Shown here in pieces: positions 39,591-53,164 of a DNA stretch of 64,000 nt; positions within the stretch are counted from its first letter, which is position 1, and the number at the start of each line of letters is the position of its first letter. The position numbers and the translations under genes were made by a program. The stretch lies in NCBI RefSeq assembly GCF_009834535.1, contig NC_045696.1:66962001-67026000 (forward strand). The letters run 5' to 3'. Origin of the DNA: Camelus ferus (lineage: Eukaryota). The notes below the pieces were generated by a model. The model saw nothing but the letters and a program-made list of their open reading frames with translations. It did not search any database and was not told the origin of the DNA.

Positions 39591-40379
39591 CATATGCCTA
39601 TTTTATTTTTATCATGCTCATTTCTTAATTCAGAGCAGATAGAAATATGGCAAAGTCAATCACTGAACACTACACAGAACTAGCTAGGGGTTGGCACACA
39701 AAGAAAATTTAGCAAAGAGCAAGGCTCAAACTTGGGAAATAATGAATTTGTACTCAGGAATGTTATACTACTTGTGATAAAACTGATTACTCCTAAAATA
39801 AGCTGCCACCGTTTCCCTGTAAATGACTTACAGAAAGAAAAAAAAATGCTTCTACTGGTACTGTGGTTAAAAATAGCCATTTTGTCTGAATTGCTCAAAC
39901 ATTAGTTGGCTTCCAATCTTGGAGCAAAATAAACTTCCAATCTTTCTGTGGGGCTAGGTGCTGATGTGTTCTCGCATGAGCTCACAGCTAGGCAGAGGGC
40001 TGGGTGAATTCCAGAGCGAGTGCCACACTGTGAGTTTATCACAACAGCAACGACAATGACAAAGATACGAGCACATGGCCCCCTCTCAGGCTTTTGTGGA
40101 ACGCATTACTGCATTTCAGGCAACAAGACTTTCCAAATTTAGTCAGACGTGCCTATTTACCCACTGACGGAAGAAAATGGCCCAGCGATCTAACATGCCA
40201 AGAAGATACCATCCGTGCAGCACGGCTAGCGTTTTAAGGAAGGTAAATAAAGGCGAATCAATGCCAGCAAACTGAGTTTTACATCTCTGAGAAGGCATTA
40301 ATGAAAGAGAAAGCTTTCTGCTGGTAGTGTTTGTAAAACACAGGGACTCACAAGCCTCTCAGTGACCCCTTCACAACGT

Positions 40380-40870
40380 CGCTCCTCTCCAGGCCCTCCC
40401 GTCTCTGCCCTAGCAGGGAGGGATTTATGCCCCATCACCTTCCTGCCCCTTATCTCTCACTTAGGGGCCAAAATAATATTCCCAAAACGCAGGCTGGACC
40501 ATGCTACCAATTTTCACATAAATCCTAAACACCGTCATCATCTAAAATACTGGAATCAGGCTTTCAAGCTCTACCCCACTTCAAGGTGGAATACTCTCCC
40601 GCATCCCATAAAACTCTTGACAATCCTACGCTCTTCAAGGTACAGGTCAATTACCACTTTCCCGAAGAAGCATCCCAGCTTCAGCTCAGATGAAAATATT
40701 CTCTGAATAGCCATATCTATTTTTTTCTGTGCTTTGTATTAAGTTCCTTGCTCTAAGTTTTGAAAGTCCCAAGAGCAGGAACCATGGCTTGTTTATTTTT
40801 TATCTTGCAGAATATTAATGAAGTGGATAATCAAGCACATTTTTAGGTTTACTGAACGAATGACAATGAG
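40380..40870 (+). mobile_element. L2 fragment
   Basis: ATCCTACGCTCTTCAAGG and AAGTCCCAAGAGCAGGAACCATG motifs. Confidence 0.55.
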
Positions 40871-42099
40871 TAAATGGGTTTCTTGACAGTTAAACATAAG
40901 AAAGATTTAGGTATGACTGCCTTTTCCTCATGGAAAACTTTCTGATCTCAAAGTGTAACCTCAATAAAGAAGATCTGAGTCAAGTTATAGAGAAATTTGA
41001 AGCTGCAAACATGAAGAGGCAAGAAATCACAGGTATAAATCGACCCCCTTCAAGATTCCAAATGTGCTTTTCTGCTGTGCTGGTTCTTGGTGTCTTGTCC
41101 AAATCTAATTTTATAAATTCAGCAAGCTAGCCTTGTAAAGATTTTTTTTTAAAAAAAGGCTATGAAGAATAGGTAAATCTCGTGTGTAGTAAAATCATTA
41201 AAATCATTGCTGGTAAATGTTTTTCAAAATGGTACTTTCCCGTCCTTTCTCTCAGTCTTTTGAAAGCAGAGCATCCTCAGTGCTTCAAGTTACAGTTGAA
41301 GAAACAGTTGCGGAGAGATCAGCTCACCCAAGACTATGGGGCAGTAAGTGATGGAGAAACAAAATGAAAGCAGGAGTTTGACATTGAACTCACGTTACAA
41401 TGCCTTGATTAAGCTACTCCTTCAGCTGCTACCTCTGTGAGTCAAGACTACTCATCTGTATAGTGTGCTCCTCACAGAAATAATCGAAGAAGAAAGTTTA
41501 AGATCTTTCCCCAGATGTCCAACTTGTGCAAGGGCCCATAACTCTGGAATGCATCCTTGGGATTTTGAGATATAACCTTCATATATGTGAGATCTGACTT
41601 TCCCAAGATATGTTTTAATTTAGGCTAAAATATTTTAAGTTGAAATAACAACATCCCAATTTTCCAAAAGCTCAACACATTTAATCTCCATCAAATGAAT
41701 TGCATGTTTATAGATTATTTTTTTTAAGTCACTCATATGGAGAGGAGTAAGGAAAGCCAGGAATTAGGCCTGACTAAGTAGTTTCCCCTGAGACAGTTGT
41801 CACTGAAGGGCCAAAAGTTGTTAGTCTCAAAGAGCAGTGCTCCAGCTCTGTTAATTTATCGTCTATTGTTTTTTTGTTTCCCCATCCAGTGGTATTTGCT
41901 TTTGCTTCTATTTAATCCTTCCTACTATTTTTTTCACATTCATTTTCTTGGTGTCTTTGTAACTTATTATCTTTTGTACTTGCTTACTTTCTTGATTTGT
42001 AATGAAAGCATTAAGAAATAGTGTGCCTCTGAGTGTTATTTTGGCTCTGAATCAATGAATAAATTATTATAGTTATTGTCAGGTATGAATAAATAAATC

Positions 42100-42640
42100 A
42101 TGATATATCTCCATGATGTAATATTATACAACACTTGGAACAGTTCTAAATGCTTTTTATCCCAAGCAAAAAAAAGTTTGAAACCATTTTACACAGGTAT
42201 TATCCCAATTTTAATGTATTTTTATGCTTAAAATGTACTTCAATGACACTCATGGTTGCTTATATCTAAATGGTGGTTTTATAGTTGAATTTTATTTTCT
42301 TCCTTGTGCCTTTATATTTTTCAAAATGTTTAAACATGATTAACAGTTATAATCACTTAAGATTATTTTTCTATTCAATTTTCTATCATTTTTTCTAAAA
42401 GATGATTAAGACAATAATAAACATGTATGGAAAATGCTTATAATATTAAGTTAAAAAACACTATTAAATGTATGTTATGATCTTAACCCTGGAAAATTTA
42501 ATTACACAGACAAAAAGATTAGAAGTAAGTAGACAAAAGTATAAACTACCATGTTCCTGATTGAGAAGTTGTGGATTAACTTTATTTTCTTCAGTATTTT
42601 TCCAACTTTTTGCAATAAGATAAAATTGATTTTATAAGAA
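42100..42640 (+). mobile_element. Two old L1ME 3'-end fragments
   Basis: Very AT-rich, with ATGGAAAATGCTTATAATATTAAG and TTTATTTTCTTC motifs. Confidence 0.55.
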
Positions 42641-44629
42641 GAAAACAAGAAGTAGATGTTATTTGTTACAAAGGCTTACCCCACAAACATTTTTTTTTTC
42701 TTTCTGCTCATGTCCATATGAGCTCTAGGCTGTTCAGAGAGGATTCCAACTGCTCTCCTTGACTCTTTCCTTGTCCGTCTCCCATTTTATTCTCCACACT
42801 GCCAATAGACTCTGTTAAAAATCACTTTCTAATCACAGGGTTCCCCTCATTGGAACACTTCGAACATTCTTACACTGCTTATGAGATTGAGTTTGAAAAT
42901 TTTGGCATCAATAACTGAGCTCTCTGTTTCTATCCCCTTAGTGTGTATCTATGCTTATAACACTTTTTTTTTTAAATCTAAAAGATTAAAAAAACTGAAC
43001 ACCACATTCAGTTCTCCACAAGTAAAGACTGGAGTCCTTGCAAGAAGAATACTGCTTTTAAAAATAACACTATTCTCCACTCGTCATGTATCAAAATGTA
43101 ATGCAAATTTCTCGGATCCTTCATGATCGCCTCAGCTGGAATAGCCACTTCTTTTATCTTTGAATAGCCCTTACATCATACTGCCTTCAAATTACCCATT
43201 TATGTTATTGATACATATTAAGTATCCATATGAATGATTCTGAACAGAATTCAATACATGTCTATTTCTCCGTAAGTACTCTTTGAAGTCCTGGGTCTTA
43301 TCCAGCTCACTACTGCCATTACATGGCGAGAGCTTCCATAGAGAAGGTGCTTAACAAAAGAGGATTGAACAAACTTATTAAATAACACTTTTCTTTTCTA
43401 AGTCATGCTGGTTTGATATGCCAAAAATCCAGGTTGTTAAATTTTGTTTTCTATTTTTGTTTAAGAGCAGCAAACAGTCAAAAATGTGAACATTCAAACA
43501 CCAGGAGTAGATAATAACCCGTCCCTTGTTTTAGGGCTGTGAGGGGTTGAGTCCATCCCACGAAGCTAACAATCATAGAGGAAGTCTCTAATTCAGAAGG
43601 GTGGGTGACCACATAGGTGAGAATTGATTGTGTGTTTGGGGGAATGGTATCTCCATCCAGAGAGTCACCCTGAGCAAGCTGGCATTATAAGGACAGAGGA
43701 CAGAGCGAGGGGATAGAGAAGAGAGTGAATGAGCAGTAGGGGAGACTGTGGCAGGGCAGACTTCCTGTCCTCAGCAACTATCCGAGAGGACTGCTGTTGC
43801 CCACGGCCGCCTAGGCATGCTCCCAAGGCACGATGTGTAGAAGAGTTGGTAGCACTTGAGGGGCCAGTAACAACATGGTCCTTTTACATTTAGTTTCCTC
43901 TTTCTTGCACATTAATAATGAGAGGCATGCAGCTCCCTCTAAAGATTAGTGGAATTAGTTCTAATTCTTAATAAGCCTTCCCAGTTGAGTTAAATGGGGT
44001 CTCTTCTTGGGATTAAGACATGTCCTATAAAATCTTGAAATCTTAGGGGTGGGCACCTGAAATAAACTACAAGGTCATTCATTCAAAATATCAGACACAA
44101 AAAGGGAAAGGGGTGGCTGAGTGGCACACTGCCGTGGTCTTGTTCATCCTGACCTGTCTCATAAGCACTGTCTGACTCAGTATTCAGAAACTCAAGGGAC
44201 AGATTGCTCCAAAACTCTTGGAAACATGGCGGCACTTCCTCAGAGTCCATGTCAAAGACATAGTAAGGAGGAAATTGTCTCTACCTTTACAGAGAAACCA
44301 AAATGAACTTAGTACAAGAGGACTCCTGACCTCTTGGGCCCCTTGAAACTTGCAGTGTATAGGTGCCAGTAGAGGGAAACCCCGTAGGTCTCCAGAGACC
44401 ATGAAAAAGAATAAGGTAGCAGCTTCACCAAGAGTAACACCTGCAATGATGCTAGAGGAAGAAAATAAAAGCAGAGACAGGGACGATGTGAGGAAGGCAA
44501 GCCAAGTTCATAAACACAGCTGAGAGCTAGTCCTTGAAGGTTCCTAGAAATAGTGGGGGAGAACTTTGAAAGAGTTTAGGTCCTATATATTTGAAGAGGG
44601 CAAGAATCAGTGATTAACAGGTGGTATCA

Positions 44630-45415
44630 TTAGGCAGCTGTTAAAAGTTAAGGATTTGGAGCCGAAGAACCCACTTTGAAAACCACTTTTTAGCCCTGTG
44701 GTAGTGAACAAGATATTTAACCTGACTAAGTTGAAGTTTCCTCCTCTGTAAAATAGGGGAAGGGGACACGTGGATGGCTCTGTGTTTTCTGAACTCACTG
44801 ATTTGCCTTGCTTGACCCATAGTGGGGACAACCCTACTTCCTCCATATCACAGCCCTCTGTCTGACCTCCTTGGATTTGTTTTAGGGAGCAGGGATTGCT
44901 AATCTGACTGGTCCGAACCTAAGAGGGCCATTGGGCAGAAAAGCAATGTCTTAAATTCAGATTTTATGACCGCTTTTTCCACTCCTGGCATCCTGTTCAG
45001 GAAGCTGACCACACTCTGCCCTTTGTTCTAGTCTTTACTCAAGCTGAAGGCTGGGTGAGTAGGCGCTGGGTCTGCGTCTCCTAAGCCTCAGGCCTCAGCT
45101 GTGTTCTCCATTTCTGTTTCATAAGAGTTTTCCTTTGTGGGCTTTCCCAGACATTATTAATATCAGCACTTTCTTTCCTGTTTGGCTGCTGATTCTTTGG
45201 TGAATATGCTCTTTGGCTGAGAACTCTGGAGAAGAGGACTGATGAATGGTAGGATTTGGGCACCAAACCAACCGCGCCCTAAACCACACCCAGAGTGCAT
45301 CATTGTGCCTTTTTTCATAGGATTTTGGGAGGATTAAATAGGAAAATGCATGTAAAGTGCTAAGCACAGACCTTGGCATGTAGTACCCACTCAATAAATG
45401 TTAATTATTGTTGAT
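44630..45415 (+). mobile_element. MIR split into 5' (44630-44760) and 3' (45308-45415) halves by an insert
   Basis: The 5' half ends CTGTAAAATAGGGGA. The 3' half resumes CATAGGATTTTGGGAGGATTAAAT...CTCAATAAATGTTAATTATT. Confidence 0.75.
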
Positions 45416-46479
45416 AATATACAAGAGTCTCAAATATTTGCCAGCGGCTAACTATACCTGATCAGATAGCTTCCACGTTTTGAGAACAGTGCTCTGGCGC
45501 TGGACCTAAATGTTTGACTGATGGACATTGGAACAAAATAGATATTCTAAGCCTACTGTGAATTTTCTTGTTGTGGTTCAGTAAAGAAGTAAGAATTTTT
45601 CTTTGAGGCACACTTTTCTGGGAGGGTTTACTGCGTGGAAAGTTTTGGCTATATGTGTGAGTACATTCTCTTTTTGGTCTTTGAGCAGCCGATATTGATG
45701 AAGGGATGCAGATGCAGATTCCTCAGACCTGTCTTGACAGATTTTTCTTAACGAATCATGGAAATTGAGATGCATCTTCTCAAACGTTTTTCCTTTCTAT
45801 GTGAAGAGTTAATGTTAGGTTTCTTCCTGCAGGACTAAAGACCAGAACTGGGGGCAAGGGCCTGATCCTCAGGGAAAGGATGTGGCAGAGGCCGCTCTGA
45901 AGGGCAGGTCCTCGCAGGACATTGCTGTCTAATAGCCAACACCCAGTTTGCTCATTCTGGCTGTGCAGTTCCCTTCTGCTGTCTGCATGTCTTTGGTAAA
46001 TGTTTTGTGCCTCACGCTCAGTGCTTGGGGAATAGGAGAAGAACATGAACGTGATTAGGGGAACCAGTAAGAGGAGGGGCCAAGTAGCCCACAAACGTGG
46101 CAGGGAGACTGCAGAGGGTGAACCCCAGAGCTAGATAACCAGGACATGTCAACAGTTCTGAGGGGGGCTCAGGGGTGCTTCTGCAAGGGGAGACTTCTCC
46201 AGCAATGTAGCCTGGGGTATTTTTTATTTTCTTCAAATAAAATCAAACAGAGTGATTCGAAAGGAAAGAACTTGAGCGTTACAGGTTGAAATCCAGAGTT
46301 GAGCAGCACTGACTAGCCTTTAGAGAAGTGGTCCCTGTTCCTGTGTCTTACACTTTCTGACCTTGAATATGTCCTCTGTACCCTCTAAGTTTCACTGTTC
46401 CCCTCAGTAAAATGAGGGTCAAGGCACATTACCTTTTAGATACCTCTGGACTCTCAATACTGTTGACTACATGATTCTC

Positions 46480-46720
46480 TATTCAGTCATTCATTCAATC
46501 AAACATTTGTGTTGACCATGTTCACATGCCAGAAAATAAAGAGATGAATAAGACATGGTCTTGAATTCAAGGATCTTATATATAAGGGAGAGAGAGAAAT
46601 GCAGAAGTAGATGACTCAGTTGCAGTGCAAATGTGGGCACAGGGCGCTATGAGAACATAAAGGAGGGAGAGGTGCAGTCCCAGGCTGAGGGTGTTAGATA
46701 CAGCTTCCTAGAGATGACCC
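46480..46720 (-). mobile_element. L2 3' end
   Basis: CATTCATTCAATCAAACATTT tail and GATGAATAAGACATGGTC motif. Confidence 0.75.
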
Positions 46721-46929
46721 TCAAAACTGAACTCGGGTTGTCCGTTTGGCCCACACACTCCCTTTCCTCAATCTCATGGAATATGGTGAGGGCAGGAGAG
46801 AGCTCTTCTTGCTGGTAGCCCTTCTGGCACAAACATCAGGAAAGAACAGACCGCTAAGCCGTAGGAGCCGTAGAGTTGAATCTGTGGACTCGTGAGCCAG
46901 CACAGTGTCAGGCAATGGGCTGGTTTTCA

Positions 46930-47110
46930 GTAGACTCAAGTTCAGATTTTGACAGCCACTTACTTTGCTGCGTAACCTTGGGCAATTCAGGAGACCACTC
47001 TGAACCTCACTTTATTCCTGCAGTGAGAAGAAAGCAGTTTGGATCATCTCTACCAAAGGGCTGTCCTGAGGAGCAAATGAAGTACACTATATGAAGATGC
47101 TTTACAAAAT
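46930..47110 (+). mobile_element. MIR fragment
   Basis: GCCACTTACTTTGCTGCGTAACCTTGGGCAA core. Confidence 0.75.
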
Positions 47111-47929
47111 ATACGGGAGCTTCCTCATAGGTAGGAAATACACTTTGAAGAGTCTGGTCCTCCTTTAAAAACATAAGGAGAATGACTGGTGCAGGGCAGG
47201 ACTCTTGCAGAGAAGCAGGCAGTGTTTTACTGAAATGAGGGTTCCCATCAATTTCCTGAACAAGTGGGAATTTGCAGTCCTAGGACAAGTACCGTGAGGA
47301 CTGAGATTTCTCCCTGAGCAGCTCCACAGACGTGCGTCAGTGTGTCCGTGGAAAGCAGGGACAGCAGTGGGTGGAAAACAAGAAGGAAAGACAGTGTCAT
47401 CAAAGGTCAGGGTGTCATGCATCAGCCACGGTAACAGCTGCCAGGGCTCCCAGGACTACAGAGCATGATGAGGACGGCCGCTGGGCTGGATTCGGACACA
47501 TTCCCGAGGCTTTGCATCACACACCCAGGATGGTGGTCTTTGCTCATCTAAGCTCCTTTCTCCTGCTCAGCCTCCCCTAACGTGTGCTTTCCAGGCTGCT
47601 GTATCTGCTTTCCTCCCAGAAAGGATGACTCATGTGTACTCTCACGGCCGTGCCGTCAACACCAGGGAGAGCCCCTGCCTCCCTGCTGGGCCAGAGGCTC
47701 TCCAGACCCACGGGTTATGAAACACAGACGCTCTAAAGGCAGATTCCCTGGAAAGCGGACAGGGCTGATGTGGCATGTCCCGCACACCCCCAGTGTACCT
47801 AACACTTTATGTCTTGTTTGTACCTCTTTAGAGAAGCACGCTAGCGAGGGTGCTGGAAGTTGAGTCACTCACCTCAGATCACCTTGAGGGAAGAAAGAGT
47901 AACTCATCTCGGAACTGCTGGTTGCTGGA

Positions 47930-48100
47930 TGGTACGTTAGACATGCTCCCAGGTTTTTAACGTCTACCTTCAAAGCCATGCATTAAGGTGGTTATTTTTA
48001 ACAGTAGATTTCAGACCAAGGAACTGAGGCAGAAAGAGGGTGGGTAACTTGCCCAGGGTCACCCAGTGATTGTGTGGGAACTAGAAATTTAACCCAAGTC
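47930..48100 (-). mobile_element. MIR fragment
   Basis: GGAACTGAGGCAGAAAGAGGGTGGGTAACTTGCCCAGGGTCAC. Confidence 0.8.
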
Positions 48101-48289
48101 AGGGCCCCTGGAAAGTCACGCCCTTGGCCTCAGCCTCATCCAGAAAAGGAGAGTGAAGATGATGTCTGGGGTCCCTTCTATTTCCACAACTTTTTAATCC
48201 TTTGTTAGTCAGATACTCCGGGAATAAATTATTTTATTGTTTCTTAACTGTGAAGACTATTTATATCATACTACTTGGTGTGTCTTCTC

Positions 48290-48690
48290 TTCCTGTCTAG
48301 TGACTTTCCTCTTACCCCAAAGACAACCACCATCCTGACAGTAGAGATAATTACTCTCTGCTCTTGTCTCTCCTTAAATTAAATAATGCTTATGCTCTCT
48401 CGTGTCTGGCTTCTTTCAGTCAAATCTTAATTGTGAGATTCATCTGTAATTCTGGTTGTAATTTTAGACCATCCTTTCTCATTGATGTATAGTATTCCAC
48501 TGTGGGACTACACCACAGTTTATTTATCCCATCTATTGTTAATAGGTATTTTCAGTAATTGACAATTATAAATAGTGCATCTACAAAGTTTCTACTATGT
48601 GTCTTTTATAAATACGTGGAAGACATTTCAATTGAGTATATCCCTAGAAGTATATGTATATGTTTAACTTTAACAGATATTTTACCTAGA
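48290..48690 (-). mobile_element. Old L1 3' end (L1MC/ME)
   Basis: TGTATAGTATTCCACTGTG...ACCACAGTTTATTTATCC. Confidence 0.8.
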
Positions 48691-48914
48691 AATTAAGATC
48701 TGTATGCTGGAGTTACAGCTGGAGAGCTGTAACTAGATGAGGTTAGAATTGTGATGGAGCAGGATGGAGGACTTCAAGCATGTTAGTGCCTTATAGGAGG
48801 CTTCCAACTAAGCAAGAACAATGTACACAAATAAGTTGGGACCTTTTTTACAATTCAGTCTCCCCACAAAGTAGAGTCTGACATACAGTTTTTTAAAAGA
48901 ATAGAGATTTCTTT

Positions 48915-49345
48915 TCTTTTGGCAATTTATGCAGAAAGCTAATTGGGGAGTGCTTTTAGGAGGAAAACCTCCAGGGGAGCAAAGAAAACAGGACTGGGCA
49001 GAAGGGGAGTTGAATTGCAATCTAGTCGCATCAAAGGCTTCAGGCAGTCCTACAGAAAGAAAGCTTTGGAGCTGGGTTGTCCCTTCAGAGGTGTCCCAAT
49101 TAGAGTGAGGGAGCTACACATGTATCCTTCCACTCTGAGCAGTCATTCTGTGAGGGCTTCTTCTAGGAAGGAGGAATGAGGATCTTGGGTGAGACAGCTC
49201 TCTTTAGCTAGGGAGCAGTCCCAGGAGAAGGTGTGAGCTGAGAGGACTCAGCTAACACTCTCGGCACCCAGGGGAGTGAATGAGCACCTCAGTTCAGAAA
49301 GGTGACCAAAGGTACAGTGAAGTACATCGCAGCGTCTGTGACCAC
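48915..49345 (-). mobile_element. ERVL LTR (LTR16C-like)
   Basis: GGACTGGGCAGAAGGGGAGTTGAATTGC...GGAGCTGGGTTGTCCCTTCAGAGGTGTCCCAA. Confidence 0.8.
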
Positions 49346-49559
49346 CGTTCACTTTGGTATGTGAAGAAATGAATCTTCCCTAGTAATTGTCACAAATGGT
49401 TCCATCACCTGAGATTTCTGAAACTCGATCAGAAATGCATGTTGAACTTGTGCCAGGTCCCTCGCTGCCCGGGACGGGAAAGGTATCTTTGAGGATGAGA
49501 TCTCCAGCAGGGTCATTTCTTACGTGGTAAATTCAGCACCTGCGTTCTATCTGAGGATG

Positions 49560-50255
49560 GTTCCGAGGATGATTTGTCTCTCCAGACTGTGTTTTTCCTT
49601 ACCTTTTGGCATGCTCTAAAAGCTGGATACATTTATTGAGTAATAGACATTGAGATAAACAGGCCTTTAGTGGGAGGATTTGTGTTAATCTGGTTAGGAG
49701 TTGGGCTGTGTTTCATGTTTGCAGTAACTGTAAGTGCCAGGAGATTCAGATTCCTTTCGTGTCCTTGTTTTGTCTCCTCTCTTGACTCTGGGCCTCCTTA
49801 AGTGTTCCTCTTAAGAGAGAGTCTGTGTCTTGCAGTTTTTAAGCTGTAATCCACTGTTATCATACCAGAGGACTATTGTTGTGGTGATAAGGTGTATGGG
49901 AGGGAGACTGTTTCTTACTCCTCTGATTAAAATCTTAGTCTTTCTGTAGGCGTGTGTCTTGGGACTGCAACCTTCACAAATGTTTCTCCAGTAGTATAGT
50001 TTGTTTGTTTGTTTGTTTCCCGTCTGTCCCCTACTGCCTTTCCTGATAACAACATTTCCAACCTGTTCTCTTGAAGCCATAACGCCTGTTGAGCATGTTT
50101 TATCACTTTTTCTCTTAAGTGAGGCAGAAGGCTGGAAGGCCCTGCAATGGGAGGAACTCCCTTCCCTCGGTTGTACTAAGGCCCTGGGAAAATCCCTTCT
50201 CCTGAATCATAGGCTTTTGCTATGAAGGTCCTGGGTATATTTCATAATGATTACC
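49560..50255 (-). mobile_element. Old L1 5' region (L1MC/L1MD-like)
   Basis: GGCCTTTAGTGGGAGGATTTGTGTTAATCTGGTTAGGAGTTGGGCTGTGTTT motif. Confidence 0.65.
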
Positions 50256-50256
50256 A

Positions 50257-50550
50257 TTATGGGTTGAATTTTGTCCTCTCTAAAAGGATATATTGAGTTC
50301 CTAACCTCCAGGACCCATAAATATAACCTTATTTGGAAAAAGGGTCTTTGCAAATTTAATCATGTTAAGATGAAATCATTGGGGTGGGTCTTAACTTACT
50401 GTGAGTGGTATCCTCATACCGAGAGAACACCATGTGATGACAGAGGCAGAGATTGGACCAATGCAGACACAAACCAAAGAGCCCCAGGATGAATGGCCCC
50501 CACCAGAAGCAGGAAGAGGCAAGGAAGGATTCTCCCCTCAGACACCAGCA
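50257..50550 (+). mobile_element. MaLR LTR (MLT1B/C), 3'-truncated
   Basis: ATGGGTTGAATTTTGTCC...ACCTTATTTGGAAAAAGGGTCTTTGCA...CACCAGAAGCAGGAAGAGGCAAGGAAGGATTCTCCCCT. Confidence 0.88.
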
Positions 50551-52019
50551 TGTTTCCTCATTGAAAAAAAAAGAAAAAAAGCATGACAAGTCATACTCCA
50601 ATCATCACAGTCCAAGGAGCAGCACAAACCATCTGACTTCACACACAATATCAGCAAGAATATAGAAGATGCCACATTGAGTTATTACTCTTATCGCCAT
50701 GAGACTACTTAGCTACTTTTTCTCATTCATACATCCATGTCACTTTGAAGAGAAGTCAGGGTGAGAATGGCAGACTGGAAGTCTGAAGAGCTTAACGTGT
50801 TCTTTAGACTTTCAGGAAGCAACTGAGTTATCTAGAAAGAACGCCTAAACTATTGTCTGTCTAAAATTATATGATTGGGATGAAAGTAATTTTTATTTTT
50901 AAAAATAGTTAAATATAAAAATAGTAAGTATAATACAATTAATGATATGATAATGTGATAAGAGTTTTGGTAACAGTGAAGAATGGGTGCTATTGAAACA
51001 CAAGAGGCATATAAATTAATTCTAGCCAGTATACTTGGAAAAACTCTATGAAGTGGATAGTGCCTAAAATGGGCCTTAAAAAAAATTGAAAATTATATGA
51101 AGTAAAGAAAGAGAGTAAATGAAACAGCCACAAATAAATTCAGAAAATATGTTTCAGAAAGAGCAAATAATGTAGTATGTTTAAAGCTCAGGGTGTTGGA
51201 AAATGAATCTATTAAAATTTTTGGAGTTAGGTGGAATAGTCTTAAATGACATAAAAAGAACTTAACTTATTTATTGTTAATAATTTTAAAATTATTGTTC
51301 TTATTCACTGATCACAATACCTCCATCAATTAGATATTATTATCCTTATTTTAAGGCTGAGAAAATTGAGATAAAAATAATTTTTGCAAGTTTATTCTGT
51401 TAGCAAATGATGAAGTTGGAAGCCAAATCCAAGTCTGTCTATTCTTAACCACTATGCACACTGCATCTTCAAGTGTTATTTATTTTAGTGAGAAAGAATC
51501 ATGCAAATAATTCTTTAGGATGATTAGTCCTGAAAAGGTGTCAAAAAGGAACTGCATATACCTGAAGATAGGGACTATGAGTTCCACAGGGGCAGAAACC
51601 ATGAAGGTTTTGCTTATCACTGATTCCTAGGTTCAATGTGTGGTGTATAACCATGTTCAATAAATACATATTAAAAGAATAAGAAAAGAAAAAAATAAGA
51701 AGAGAAGGTAGGAGTTATCTCTTGCAACATGAATTGTTTAATGGGACATGTTGATGTAGCTATTTTGACCAATCTTGGGAAGCAGAGTTCACCAAGATCT
51801 AAAAATCCTAGTTTTGATCACCAAATAATATGCATGACTTCTTACTTTATTCCAGCCCAGTACATACTTTTGCCCAAAACTTCATTCTGTCTCTGATATG
51901 TAACCTAAGGATAATGATCAGAAAGGAATAAATCTGAAATATGGAGTCGACTAGCTAATATATTGGTCAATTTTTTTTAATGTGTAGTATTTTTAAGCCA
52001 CATATCTCTGCATCAAAGG

Positions 52020-52410
52020 AGATAAATCAAAGTGACCACAGAAACATCCCCTTCCTGGCCACAGAGCTAAACCATATTTTTCAGCCTTCCTTGCCGTTAG
52101 TGTGGCCAATGAATGAGTCTGACCAATGGAAAGTGGGCAGAAGTGATGTTTATCACTTCCAGGCTGGGCTATAAACTTCCAACAGATAATTCCATGCTCC
52201 CTCTTTTTTCCTTATTTCAGCTGAAAGGAGAGGACTTTGAGAACATACAGACTGGTAGGGGCACAAGATGGAAGAAGCCGAGGTTCCTGAATGACTATAT
52301 ACAAGACCACCAGCCCTGACTTTTTATATAAGGAGAAATAAGCTTCCATTCTGTTACTCCTTGAGATTTAGGAGTTGTTAGAGTAGTTTATCTATAAAGA
52401 CTAATTCAGC
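52020..52410 (+). mobile_element. MaLR LTR (MLT1I/J-like)
   Basis: CAGCCTTCCTTGCCGTTAGTGTGGCC...GCAGAAGTGATG...CACAAGATGGAAGAAGCC. Confidence 0.75.
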
Positions 52411-53164
52411 CAAATTCCAACCGTGGTGTCAGAGTCAAAATAACGTGTACCCATAAGCATATCAAGTGCTATGGTGGGAAGTCTGAGCTCTGAAACCAAA
52501 GAACGGTATAAACTAGGAGAGATAATCTTTCTTATCTTAAGCTTTACCATTGGCAAAATGGGGGAAGTATCACATACACTAGAGGGTTATTGAAAAGACT
52601 AATTGATATAATTTTTATGCAAACCTTAAGCAATTATAGAAAGATTGGCTACTAAATGTGTAAAAAAGAGGAACTGAGGACCTGAGCAAAGTGCAGCAGT
52701 CCAGAGAATGGAAAGGAGGTGGTGCACAGAAAACCCCCTGCAGAGGCAGGTTGGGCTATTTAAACTATCCTGAAATGACTTGCTCAAGGGTTCATTCTGG
52801 TTCAATTCTTATTTAAAAAAAAAAAGAAAAAGTGTTCTGGCAGAGAGCTTTTATTTTCTCTTGAAAAAATGTAGGGTATAATTATAAATAATCTTACCTG
52901 ATGTGCCTGTTCCCAGAAATGCTGCAGGTTGCAAGCACCGAGGCATCTTTTGGCATATGCACGCTCAGCTATAGACACTACAGCCTTAGACAGATGGGTA
53001 CAGGCACCGATTTCCTGGCAACCATGGCAAAGCCAATTCTGTTTGCTAAATATTGGCAATGGCCAGGAAAACGACGAGAATAGTCGCCAGATCCAGTGTG
53101 TCTTCTCTTTGGTGATACCAAGCTGCAAGCGATGTAGCACTGCCCTCAGAATGTGAATGGTAGG

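Noticed and set aside
47300..47900. CpG island or gene promoter
   Set aside because: GC and CpG content are only mildly raised and appear below island density. It holds two AP-1 sites but no other promoter or exon evidence.
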